Source: Octopus sinensis (taxonomy: Eukaryota). Taken from it: a stretch of DNA of 64,000 bases. The notes below the pieces were generated by a model. It ran no database searches and was not told where the DNA came from. It was given only the letters and a program-made list of their open reading frames with translations. The translations under genes and the position numbers were made by a program. Location: NCBI RefSeq assembly GCF_006345805.1, contig NC_043020.1, forward strand, positions 26,598,001 to 26,662,000, written 5' to 3'. This document shows positions 1-12,347 of this stretch, piece by piece; the stretch's first letter is position 1; each line of letters starts with the position of its first letter.

Positions 1-599
1 GCTCACCCCCTTTTTTTTCTTCCTAAGTGACCCCCCCACCCCGCCCCCTCTTCCTGTTTTTTTTTTTTTAATTTTTATTTTGTTGTTTTTCAAAATAAAA
101 AGGAAATTAAAAAAAAGAGAAATAATAAGGATTCTGAAATAAAAATGACTAAAAAATCAAAAAAAAAAAAAGAAAAAAAAACAAAGAAAAAAAATAACTA
201 CCATCCCAACCACGACCACCCCCCCTCACCACCGCCACTGCCACTACCACCACCACCACTACTATTACTACTACTATCACCATCAGCTTTACAATTACTA
301 CTACTACCACTACATGCTGCTTGTGTTGTATGCTGTGTGAGTGACTGATGAGAAGGAAGTGAAAGAAAGAAGGAGAGAAAGAGAGAGACAAAGGGAGAAA
401 GAGAAAGGGAAGCTGTGTGTGTGTGTGTGTATTGCTTATTGCTGCTGCTGTTGTTGTTGTTGTGCTTTTTCTTACTCATCTTATTGTTGTTAAGCAGTTC
501 TAAAGGGACTGACTGCTTAACAACTTGGCCCTTTCTCTCTCTCTCTCTTTCAAACCTTCAACTTTTTATTTATTTATTTTCAACAACACCATTTTATAC

Positions 600-737
600 A
601 CACACACACATATATATATATACACTACAAAGTTTATAATAGCTATATATATATATAAAATCTTTAAGATATACACAAACACACGTACATAAATAATATA
701 TATATAACACACTACAAAGTTTTATTTAATAGCTGTC

Positions 738-784
<47 letters not shown>

Positions 785-859
785 TCAAGATATACACAAA
801 ACACACACACTAAATAAACATATATATATATACAACACCACTACAAAGTTTATAATAGC

Positions 860-893
<34 letters not shown>

Positions 894-960
894 AAAACTT
901 CAAGAATATACACAAAAACACACACATAAATGTATTATATATATATATACACACACAACA
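600..960. repeat. Three imperfect tandem copies of a ~90-130 bp unit containing (TA)n
   Basis: ACTACAAAGTTT..TAATAGCT..AAGA(A)TATACACAAA recurs near 623, 709 and 840, with variable TA lengths and small indels. Confidence 0.8.
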
Positions 961-1348
961 CATAGAGTATTTCATTTCAATTTTCATTCTGTTCTCTTGC
1001 AAGTCCCAAGAGTTCATTTATTTACAAAATAAATTTTAGATAACACACACACACACATGTGTATATAAATTAAAAGTACCCTACACTTTGTATATGTATA
1101 TATACAAATCATTTTATTTGCACTAGTATGCGTGCACACTATATATATATGTGTGTGTAAATGTAAAATAAAAGTACACAACACATAATTTTATATACAC
1201 CATCATACACACACATGTGTATATATATATACACATATAAATTTTTATATAAGTAATAATAAAGAATCCTTCCAAAAGTTTAAAATAGAGGGAAAAGAAA
1301 AGTTAAAAATATATATATGTGTGTGTATATATACACACATATATATAT

Positions 1349-1531
1349 ATTTTGCCTGTGGTTACATTCTGAGTTCAAATTCCGCCGAGGTCGACTTTGC
1401 TTTTCATCCTTTTGGGGGTCGATAAATAAAGTACCAGTTTTGCACTTGGGTTGATGTAATCGACTTAATCCCTTTGTCTGTCCTTGTTTGTCCCCCTCTG
1501 TGTTTAGCCCCTTGTGGACAGTAAAGAAATA
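1349..1531 (+). mobile_element. SINE family A (octopus OR-type tRNA-derived SINE), 5'-truncated
   Basis: TTCTGAGTTCAAATTCCGCCGAGGTCGACTTTGC...GTAAAGAAATA matches the fuller copies at 12118, 37453, 53693 and 59469; family name from recall. Confidence 0.85.
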
Positions 1532-3967
1532 TATATATAAGCAAGGAATAAAGGGGAGAAAAATTATATGAATAAAAAAAAGAACCACTTGGGTCCCCTC
1601 CACGGTGACCACCACCACCTCTTTGTGTGTGTGTGTGTGTTTGGCTCTTTTTCTATATTCTCTTTCCTCTCCATCAGTTCCTTGTTTTTAGCTTCATCTT
1701 CCAACTTCTCAATCTGCCTCCTGATATTTCAACTACTACTACTACTACTACTACTATTACTACTACTGCCACCACCACCACCACTGGTGCTGCTGCTGCT
1801 ATCATGACTGCTGCTGCTGCTGGTGCTAGTGCTGCTGCCACTGCCGCTGCTGCTGCTGCTCTTGCTGTTACTACCACCACTGCTACCTGACTATTACTGT
1901 TACAACTACTACTACCACCACCACCACCACAACAACTACTACTACTACTAACATTTACATGTCCTGCATCAGTTGGAAGGAAGTCTAGTTAACTCTCAAT
2001 CACACTCTGTGCCTGATTTTTTTTTTTCCTTTTCTTTCATGAAAAAAAAATACACACACATATACATAAATATATATACACACATATATACATACATATA
2101 TTGATATATATATACATATACCGATATATATATATATTTATATACATATATAAATATATATATATATACTCACCAAAAGAGAAATCAAAACCAAAAACGT
2201 GTCCGTGCAGTAGAAGTACCAGTTGTGGTGGTGGTAGCGGTGGTTTTTACTACCACTACTACTACTACTGCGGTTGTTACTACTACTACTACTAGTTACT
2301 AGCCGCTGTTGTTGTTGTTGTTGTCGGAGTTGATGCTGGTGTTGTTTACCCCACAAATTTCCATGCTATGAACAAGAAGGAGATGTGTGTATTGACTGGC
2401 TTAAAAATGTTAGCAAACAGCAGGAAAATATTGCCTGGAAGCACTATGTTAAAAATGATAGCCGCAGTGGTAAGTTGATTAATTAATTAATTAATTAATA
2501 TATATTTATATTTATATATAGATAGATATAATATGTATATATTCATGTATGTATATATATATCTATAAATGTGTGTGTTTGTGATATATGTGATGCTATA
2601 TTTCTTGTGTGATGTGGGTTGTATTCTATGATGATGTGTGTGTATATGTATATATATATATATATTTATGTATATATATGTTATTTATGATGATGATGTG
2701 GTTATATTTTATGAAGTATGTGTACATGTGTGTATGTGTGTGTCTATATATATATGTGTGTATGTGTACTTGTGTATGATTTTGCGTATGATATGATGCG
2801 ATATATTTTGATGTATAGGTACATGTGCGTGTATACATACATAATACATATATATATATACCTATCATATATATATATATATATATATAAGTATGTATAT
2901 ATGCATGTGTTTGTGTGTTGCTTGTATTCCTTTTCAGAGTAACGGTTTATTAACTGGACATAATAATAATAATAATGGGAAAATAAACCTAAAAATTAAC
3001 ATGAGATCACAAAGAAATATACAAACATTATACACACTCAAATATATACATGTGACTATATATATATATACATATTCAAAAACGTAGATATAATGTTCAT
3101 GTGTGTTATATACACACACACACACACATATGTGTATATTAAGAGTGTACATGTGTATTTTTATGTCCCAGTGTTATAATTTTCATTGTGTGACAAACAA
3201 GAAACACTTCACACAAATAACAAAGGGAAAGAAGAAAAAAAAGGCCTGAACTGACAAAAAAGACAGTTGCCTCTCTCCCATTACACACATGTGCTCATTG
3301 ATTGTGTATATATATATACATACACACACAAACACATACATATGTATATATATATGCATATATATATATATATATATGTATATAAACAATCGGTTGTCCC
3401 GCTATCAAGCCGGCTTATATCTATTACTAATACTGCAACCTCTAAGCCTCTGGATGCCTTAATTATATGAGCCATGCTCTTTTCCTTTTGTGTGTGTACC
3501 AGCTGATGATCTCGCTCTTATTTTATATGTCTTTGTCTATCTATCTCTCTCGCTCTCTATCTATCTATCTATTTATTTATCTATCTATCTGTTTGTCTCT
3601 CTATTACATCTATCCCTTCTTCTATCTTTTTCCTCTTTACTTGGTCTCTCTCCGTGTCTTCCACTCTCTCTCTCTGTGCTGGTGATTTCCTTCCATTTTC
3701 CCCCCACTCCCCATCGCACATTTTGTCTTGGTGTCTTCGCCTGGCTGCCTGCCTGCTTGTCTGTTTGTCTTGTAGTTTTACTTTCTTTTTGCTACACATG
3801 CTTATGTGTGTATGCACATGTCTGTGTGTATGTGTATATATATACGTGTGAATGTGTATACATATATGTATGTGTGTGTATATGTATTTATCTACATGAG
3901 TTTGTGTGTGTGTGTATATATATATGTATATAAATATATGTAAATATATATATATATATATATGTAT

Positions 3968-4000
<33 letters not shown>

Positions 4001-5608
4001 CATATATGTGCACATTTGAATGCACACAGCTTACTTTCATTTCACCATCGCGGGAAAAACCTAGCTGGGAAGACTGCCTTCAGAGCTGCATTTTCCATCA
4101 TATTGTGTGTGTGCACATGTATGTGTGTGTATATATTTATATATACACACGTGTGTGTGTGTGTGTGTGTGTATAACTATTGACATCGTTGTGTCTGTTT
4201 ATGGATGTATATATATATATATATATATCTGTGTATCTGTGTATGTATGTATATATGTATATGTTTACAGACATGCAGTTCCTAATATATTTCTGTGTAT
4301 GTGTGTGTGTGTATATACATATATATACATACATATATATATATATATGTGTGTGTGTATAATGTTACACGTTCTTGTATGTCTACACACACACACACAC
4401 ATGTAGTGAGAATGGTAAGTGGAATGCAAATGGTTTAGATGTCGGGCACCGCTTTCCGCAGACAGAACGAATAGGATACTTTCCTGTTCTTTATTCTCAG
4501 AGACCTAAATATTGTTCCTTGGAATGGATAGGGTTCAGATTTATATGACACACTCAGACACACACACTTGTGTGTGTAAGTGTGTGTTCATGCTCACTCT
4601 CCTATTTAATGTATGCCACATATATATACACACACACATGATGATGATATATTTAATATATATACTTATATATATATATCTATATACTCTTCTACACACA
4701 CACATTTATACATATATATCACTTTATGTGTGTGTGTTAATGTATTTATACATATTTGTGTCTTTATATATATATATATATATATATGTCGGGCACCGCT
4801 TTCCGCAGACAGAACAAATGCCTATATATATGCCTATATATATTTATTATTATGGATGTTTAATGATAATAATAGTGTTATATGTGTGTGTATACATGTA
4901 TGAGTGTGTGTGTATAATATATATATGTGTGTGTATACATAGATAGATTAGAGAGAGACATAGACATACGTGTGTATTCAGATATCAATATACACACACG
5001 CATGTATGTATATGTGCACATGGACTTGTATGTGCGTGTGCATATATATCTCTATGGATGTTTATGTATGTATGTACATATAATATATACAATATGTGTG
5101 TGTGTGTGTGTGTGTAATTCTGTGTAATTCTGTTTTCCAACAGGCATGTGTATTGTAAAACAGCCCCTGTAGTGCTTGCACCATATAAAAAAAAATATAT
5201 AAAAGGGCCAAAATAAAACTAAAGTCTGCACCCAGTTCATGCTGTAGGGAAGTGTCTGATGTGAGGCAGGGCATCTGCGTTTAGAAAGGATGGTACAACA
5301 CAGTAAGGCATGGGCCTCCAACCTGCCTTGGAGGACAGCGACTCCTGCTTGAAGAATGGACTCCAAAAAACTGCAATGAACTGTCCAACCTTATGTCAGT
5401 TATGGAATAATGTGCATAAAACGATGATGATGGTGATGATGATAATAAGTGTGTGTGTGTGTGTCTATATTCACACACATGTATATAGACACACACACGC
5501 ATCTGTGTACATTTGTATATACAAATATTGGTTATTTGATTGGCGATTTAAATTTTAAATTGCTCTCTCTCTCTCACTATATACACACACACAAGTCCAA
5601 ATATAACG

Positions 5609-5644
<36 letters not shown>

Positions 5645-5912
5645 TACATGTATGTATATATATATTGTTTTATTCGTTTTCATCCAAGCGGCTGCGGCCA
5701 TGCCACAGCACCAAAAATTATATACACACACATATATATATATATGAAGCACAGAATACAACTTATGTATGTATGTATAATTCATTTATAAGTTGTATTT
5801 TGTACTTCATATATATATATTCAATATATTTGGTACTTCTGAAGCCAGCATGGGGAAACAGATTTTAAATGATGGTGATGATGATGATATTTAATATTTT
5901 TGAAATAGTGCT

Positions 5913-5954
<42 letters not shown>

Positions 5955-6230
5955 CACATACATACATAGGCACATAGATATATTTCTTTTAAGGCCAGAC
6001 AGCATTGTCAGGATATCTTGAAAGTACATGGGGCACCCGTTTGTACTAAAACCCTAATATCTTCTCCCTTTAAACAGTAAGTACCCTTGGATGCATGACA
6101 CACGCACACACATACACACACACACTACCACACACACACACACACACACAGCCAACCTCATTTTCACTTTCTTTGAGAACTGATGGTGAAATAAAAAGCC
6201 ATGCTGTGGGCCAAGGAGTAAACTAACCAC

Positions 6231-6300
<70 letters not shown>

Positions 6301-6680
6301 CACTGCCTCCTCCCCCTCTCTCTGTTCCTCTGTCTCCTTCCCTTCCTCCTCCTTCACTGTACCAATATTGCTCTCTGTTCCTTCCAGTCTACTTCTGCCA
6401 AATGTCCCTGCAGTCTGTCTTCTTTCAATGCCTCTGTCTGTCTGCCTGTCTGTCTGCCTGTCTGTCTTGTTAGTGCTTGTTTTTTTTTTGTTTTTTGTTT
6501 TTTTCAAAAATTTCTTCACCACACTTTTCTCTCCTTCCAAACTCTTCTCCATTTTAGTATTTTATTATTCACCCAGTTTCTGTCTGTCTCTCTGACTGTT
6601 TGTCTTCCTCTATCTCTGTCTGTCTCTAAATATATACATATATATTTGTATGTCTGGCTATCTATCTATCTATCTCTCTA

Positions 6681-6757
<77 letters not shown>

Positions 6758-6807
6758 GTCTCTCTCTCTTTCTCTCTCTCTCTATATATATATATGTGTG
6801 TGTGTAC

Positions 6808-6838
<31 letters not shown>

Positions 6839-6902
6839 TACATACATACACAGAGGGAAGTGCCTTTTGCTATATATGGTTGAATATGAATGCATTTGTG
6901 TG

Positions 6903-6952
<50 letters not shown>

Positions 6953-8011
6953 TGTATGTATGTATACCTCATTTTGTAAAATTTTAACTAAAATTATTTA
7001 GTTAACTGCAATGAGTACGGTAGTCATTAATATTTGTGTCAGTATATATATATAGATACGTATGTGTGTGTATGTATGCGACTTGCTTCCACTATCACTT
7101 TCTCACTCTCTCTGTATATGTATTTATACGCTTTTATGAAAGCATACACACATATATGTATGTGTGTGTATCTGTGTCCATGTGTGTGTATGTGTATATA
7201 TATTTACATATATCTTTATATATATACATATATATACACACACACATAGAGAGTGAGAGAGATTGTTGGTACATGCGTGATTGTATATATTTCATGTGAA
7301 TATATGTTTGTGTGTGTGTGTGTGTATATATATATATGCATATAATCCATGTATATGAATTGCGTCTGTGCATTCCGTCTCGTTTCTGCTCTGAACCTGC
7401 ACTCATGCTGGGGGAAACATTGTATATGTGTGTTTATCTGTCTGTCTGTCAGTCCCTTGACCCCTTTAACGGTCTGTATTCTAATTTAGGTACAAGTCTA
7501 TTGCTGTTATGTGGCCACCACTGACGAGAAGGCCACTCCTGAGTGTGGACTGTGTGTGTGCGTGTAAGAGAGAGAGAGAGAGTATTAAAGAGAATGAGGT
7601 GCCGCTCGTGTCTTTTGCCTTCAAAAATGACTACAGTTCCGTTTTTTTATTAATCTGTGTAGCCCTGAATTTTTTCCGAGAAGGAAAGCAGGCTGTCCCC
7701 GCTTCCTTGTGATCGGATATATTCACACTCTTGACCATTTCACCAGTATTTCACCCTACCCTACACCACACTAACCTCCTTTTCAGAAACAAGTTAATAT
7801 TCAAGGGAAATTTGGCTGCTACTTCCAGCAGATCGATCCATCCTATAAAGACTTCTAAGATGGTCTGCAAATCTTGTTTTATTTTTTAACCCCAGTCCAA
7901 CTCTGATTCTCTGTGATCATGGAAATTCCCGCCCATGGCCATCCAGTCTCTATCACCTGTCAAGGACTGTATTAACCCCTGCAGTTTTCTGACTGACCAC
8001 CTATATGTTCC

Positions 8012-8432
8012 CTTGTGTGTTATTTCTACTTATATTGATAACTGTATGTAATTTGAGGGAAATTTGGCTGCTATTTTTCGACGGGCCATTTGACCATGTA
8101 TAATATTTCTACTTCTGCTGACAACTGGATGTAATTTGAGGGAGATTTGGCTACTATTTTTCGACAGGCCATTTGACCATGTGTGTTATTTCTACTTCTA
8201 CTGATAATTGGATGTATTTTGAGGGAGATTTGGCTGCTATTTTTCGACGGGCCATTTGACCATGTGTGCTATTTCTACTTCTGTTGATAACTGGATGTAA
8301 TTTGAGGGAGATTTAGCTGCTCTTTTTCGATGGGCCATTTGACCATGTGTGTTATCTCTACTTCTGTTGATAACCAGATGTAATTTGAGGGAGATTTGGC
8401 TGCTATTTTTTAATGGGACATTTGACCATGTA
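8012..8432. repeat. 83-bp tandem satellite, about 5 copies
   Basis: TGTA(A/T)TTTGAGGGA anchors at 8047, 8130, 8213, 8296 and 8379, spaced exactly 83 bp. Confidence 0.95.
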
Positions 8433-8679
8433 GTGTCTCTCCTCACAAAAATATTGCAGTTTATTTATAAATTCAAGATTTATTTGTTTCTTTTCTTAGA
8501 ATATTTCAATTAGAAAACATCACGTTTGTTTTAATTAGTTTTGAAATGGAATCTGGTGCAGCACTCTGGCTCACCAGTTCCTGCCAAACCGTCCAACCCA
8601 TGCCAGCATGGAAAGCAGACACTAAATGATGATGATGAAGAATTTAGCAAAATATCTTTGTCATTATTCATCTGGTGTA

Positions 8680-8905
8680 AGATAGCGAGCCGGCAGAATC
8701 GTTAGCCCGCTGGGCAAAATGCTTAGTATTTTCGTCTGTCTTTACGTTCTGTGTTCAAATTCCACCGAGGTCAACTTTGTCTTTTATCCTTTCTGGGTTG
8801 ATAGAATACATAAGTAACAGTTGAGCACTGGGGTTGTTGTATTCAACTTAACCCCCCCCCCCCGAAATTGCTGGCCAAAATTGCGCCAAAATGTGAAACC
8901 ATTAT
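8680..8905 (+). mobile_element. SINE family A, alternative 3' tail
   Basis: GCGAGCCGGCAGAATCGTTAGC head, GTTCAAATTCC B-box-like motif, family A body. Confidence 0.8.
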
Positions 8906-8935
8906 TGAGCTGAAGTTTTGGAATATAGATTAATC

Positions 8936-9148
8936 TCTTTTACTCTTTTACTTGTTTCAGTCATTTGACTGCAGCCATTCTGGAGCACTGCCTTTAGTCG
9001 AACAAATCGACCCCAGGACTTATTCTTTGTAAGCCTAGAACTTATTCTATTGGTCTCTTTTGCCAAACCGCTAAATTATGGGGACGTAAGCTCACCAGCA
9101 TTGGTTGTCAAGTGATAGGATAGGTGGGGGGACAAACACAGACACACA

Positions 9149-9183
<35 letters not shown>

Positions 9184-9345
9184 GATGGGCTTCTTTCAGT
9201 TTCCATCTACCAAATCCACTCACAAGGTTTTGATTGGCCCAAGGCTATAGTAGAAGATATTTGCCCAAGGTGCCATGCAGTGGGACTGAACCCGGAACCA
9301 TATGGCTGGTAACCAAGCTACTTACCACACAGTCATGCCTGCGTC
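8936..9345 (-). mobile_element. SINE family B (tRNA-like head, internal (TA)n)
   Basis: Reverse complement of the full plus-strand copy at 40108-40520. Confidence 0.85.
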
Positions 9346-9464
9346 TTTTATTACCATATTTTCATAGAAATGTATTGTTTTTAATTGATCTTGAAAATAA
9401 TTAAATATTTCATTAATTATCTGAAATGCCAAATTTTGATACAGGGTTTTTAATTTAGATCAAT

Positions 9465-10190
9465 TTAACTTCTTAGCATTTAAGCCAGCGAAATCTAACT
9501 AAAATATTTTGCCCATTCTATGTTCAAACTGGCCAGATCCAGCCTCTTACACCTACTCTACAATGTCATCCTAAAAATAAACAATCACTTCATTATTTGG
9601 CAGGGAAAAAAATAATAAATTAGGGTGCTAAGAGCACCATCTGAGTGTGATCGTTGCCAGAGTGGTTAACTGGCTCCCGTGCCGGTGGCATGTAAAACGC
9701 ACCATTTGAGCGTGATCATTACCAGCGTCTTACTGCACCTGTGCCGTTGGCATGTGTAAAAAGATTCGAGTGAGGTCATTGCCAGTACCGCCTGACTGGC
9801 CCTCGTGCTGGTGGCACGTAAAAGCAGCCACTACACTCTCAGAGTGGTTGGCGTTAGGAAGGGCATCCAGCTTTAGAAACACTGCCAGATCAAGATTGGA
9901 GCCTGGTGCAGCCATCTGGTTCACCAGCCCTCAGTCAAATCGTCCAACCCATGCTAGCATGGAAAGCGGACGTTAAACGATGATTGACCATCCTGAAATA
10001 CAACAACATCTGTTTCAACCCACGATTTCACATCAGGAATCTTACCACAAAAATTAATAAATGTAATCAAGTCATTGAAATCTCAAAACTACAAGGTAAT
10101 TCCTGATTAATTCAAAACAAAACAAAACAAATAAGCATTAAATCTCACAGAGTATTCTGATCATTAAAGGGTGAGACCATGATTCTTTTA
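9465..10190. mobile_element. TTAA-type MITE family 2, split by a family C SINE insertion
   Basis: 9465-9600 and 10040-10190 are homologous to successive parts of the copy at 10568-10797 (AAACTGGCCAGATC; CATTGAAATCTCAAA; AATAAGCATTA). Confidence 0.55.
9618..9985 (+). mobile_element. SINE family C (GGCGTTAGGAAGGGCATCCAGC core, Meta-domain-like) with internal tandem units
   Basis: Core and TCCAACCCATGCTAGCATGGAAAGCGGACGTTAAACGATGA tail shared with 62665-63160, 27222-27375, 39743-39880 and 59025-59240; Meta-domain label from recall. Confidence 0.8.
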
Positions 10191-10204
10191 TCATAGACCT
10201 AGGG

Positions 10205-10548
10205 TTGCTTTCTGGCAAAATCTCTCGTGGAAGTGTCATCCAACAAAAGTACAACTATATGGGAAACCACCACCTGTATCATCTCTTGTGAAAAGTAGGA
10301 GAGTCCAGTTTGCTGGACATTGTTGTAGAGCTGAAAAAGAGGTAATTTCTACTCTTCTCCTCTGGAAGCCATTCTGCTCGCAATACCAGAGGGTGCGCAC
10401 TCTCCTACCCTGATGTAATCTCCAGGGATACAGGTATCCGGCAACAAGACCTCCGTAATGCTATGATGGACCGTGAAGTCTGGCATAGCATAGTAAATTC
10501 CATTGTCTCGACCATGGTCAAACAATGATGATGATGATGCTCTCTGGC
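10205..10548 (+). mobile_element. RTE-X-like non-LTR retrotransposon 3' end, frameshifted
   Basis: Translates as SWKCHPTKVQLYGKPPPVSSLVKSRRVQFAGHCCRAEKEVISTLLLWKP and, after a shift, YPDVISRDTGIRQQDLRNAMMDREVWHSIV; ends in a (GAT)n tail; resembles the RTE/RTE-X C-terminus. Confidence 0.75.
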
Positions 10549-10567
10549 ATTTTGCAGCCAAAAAGAT

Positions 10568-10797
10568 TTAAACCTCTAGCATATAAACTGGCCAGATCTG
10601 TCCCAAAGGTTCTACCCGGTTCAAATGTTCAAACTAGCCATATCCAGCCCCTTTCATCTCCCCTACAATATCATTCTAAAAATAATCATGTCATTGAAAT
10701 CTCAAAGGTACGAGATAATGTGTCATTAATTCAAAACAAGGTGAATAAATAAGCATTACATTTGACAGAGTAATTTGGAATGCTAAATGGTTGGAAC
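10568..10797. mobile_element. TTAA-type MITE family 2
   Basis: Imperfect terminal inverted ends TTTAAACCTCTAGCAT...ATGCTAAATGGTT; homologous to 9465-10190 and 11566-11720. Confidence 0.6.
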
Positions 10798-10855
10798 ATG
10801 GTTTTTTTACCATAGGACCTAAGATTGGTCTCCGGCATTTTGCTGTTGAAAGGAT

Positions 10856-11055
10856 TTAACCCTTTGGTTACCATATTTATTTTGAGATGCTCCCTGTTTC
10901 TTTCAATTGATTTTAAATGTACATTAAGTTGGTGATAGGAACATAAATTGCAACTAAGGTTTGGTGGAAGATTTTAATTCAAAACTTACGAAAATGACAC
11001 ATTTGTACAACAGAACCAGAGCTGGTTTCAGCTGGGTTGGTAAAGAAAGGGTTAA
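10856..11055. mobile_element. piggyBac-like MITE family 1 (internally deleted)
   Basis: TTAA-CCCTTT...AAAGGG-TTAA termini. Confidence 0.85.
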
Positions 11056-11351
11056 GGCCCACATTTCCATGTTTGCAAAATTAGGAATCAAAGAGAGCCA
11101 ATAGGTGAAAAAATGGTTGAGAAACACTAATAAGGATGATCTATCAATTAGATTCTGTTGACCAAAATTTCTTTTGAAATGCTTCTGGCTGAGACAAAGA
11201 ATTCATTGCAGAAAATATTTTTCAAAGATTTTGCAAATTGGGACTGAATTTGGAACTGCAATTTAACCAATCTAACTTCTTAAATGCAGCCATGTTTATT
11301 GCTCGTAGCTATAGTCTGCAGATACAAGGAATACTTTATCATCATCACCAT

Positions 11352-11566
11352 TTAACCCTTTCGTTACCGTATTTATTTGGAGATGCTCTGTGTTTCTTTC
11401 AATTAAGTTTAAATATAACAAAGAATTTAGTAAAATAACTTAGTTATCATTAAGCTAGTGTTAGGAACATAAATTGTGACTAAGGTTTGGTGGAAGATTT
11501 TAATTCAAAACTTATGGAAACAAAACATTTGTATTACAGAGCCAGAGCTGGTATCGAAAGGGTCAA
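11352..11566. mobile_element. piggyBac-like MITE family 1
   Basis: TTAACCCTTTCGTTACC...GTATCGAAAGGGTCAA termini; same body as 40854-41083. Confidence 0.85.
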
Positions 11567-12117
11567 ACCCTCTTGTATTTAAACCAGCTGCATCTGGTTC
11601 AAATATTCTATATGTTTTATGCTAAAACTGGACAGATTTGGCCTCTCACACCTACCTTACAATAACATTTCTAAAACTAAACAATCACATTGAAATCTCA
11701 AAGCTACAAGATAATGTGTGACGATGTGTTTGTGATTGTTCCGCTCACCACGTGACAACTGGTGTTGGTTTATTTATGTCCCTGTCACTTAGCAATTTGG
11801 CATAAGTTCCATTGTCTGTTTCGACATGGTTTCTACAGTCAGGTGCTCCTTCCTAATGCCAACCACTTCACAGAGGGCACTGGGTGCTTTTTATGTGGTA
11901 CCTACACCAACCCAGTCACCAAGTAATTTACAAGACAACACACACACACACACATTCATATGGGGTGGGGTACGTTTTTACTATTTTCACTGTCCCATTT
12001 ACAAATGGTATACATACACATAAATACTCACACACACACACACACACACACACATAGGAATACACACTAATACATACATATATATAAAACTGAGAAACGA
12101 ATGGAACCTACTTACCT

Positions 12118-12347
12118 ATTTCTTTACTACCCACAAGGGGCTAAACACAAAGAGGACAAGCAAGGACAGACAAACGGATTAAGTCAATTATATCAACCCC
12201 AGTGCGTAACTGGTACTTATTTAATCAACCCTGAAAAGATGAAAGGCAGTCGACCTCGGCGGAATTTGAACTCAGAATGTAGCGGCAGATGAAATACTTC
12301 TCGGCATTTCGCCTGGTGTGCTAACCATTCTGCCAGCTTGCCGCCTT
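12118..12347 (-). mobile_element. SINE family A, full length with 17-bp TSD
   Basis: ATGGAACCTACTTACCT at 12101-12117 and 12348-12364 flanks the element. Confidence 0.92.

Noticed and set aside
3403-3419. CAAGC(C/T)GGCTTATATCT shared with ~43013-43029
   Set aside because: A 17-mer with one mismatch is expected a few times by chance among all position pairs in 64 kb.
8012-8432. CRISPR-like array (also considered for 59469-60066 and 48808-49478)
   Set aside because: Eukaryotic context, no cas genes, and the whole unit repeats with no unique spacers of constant length.
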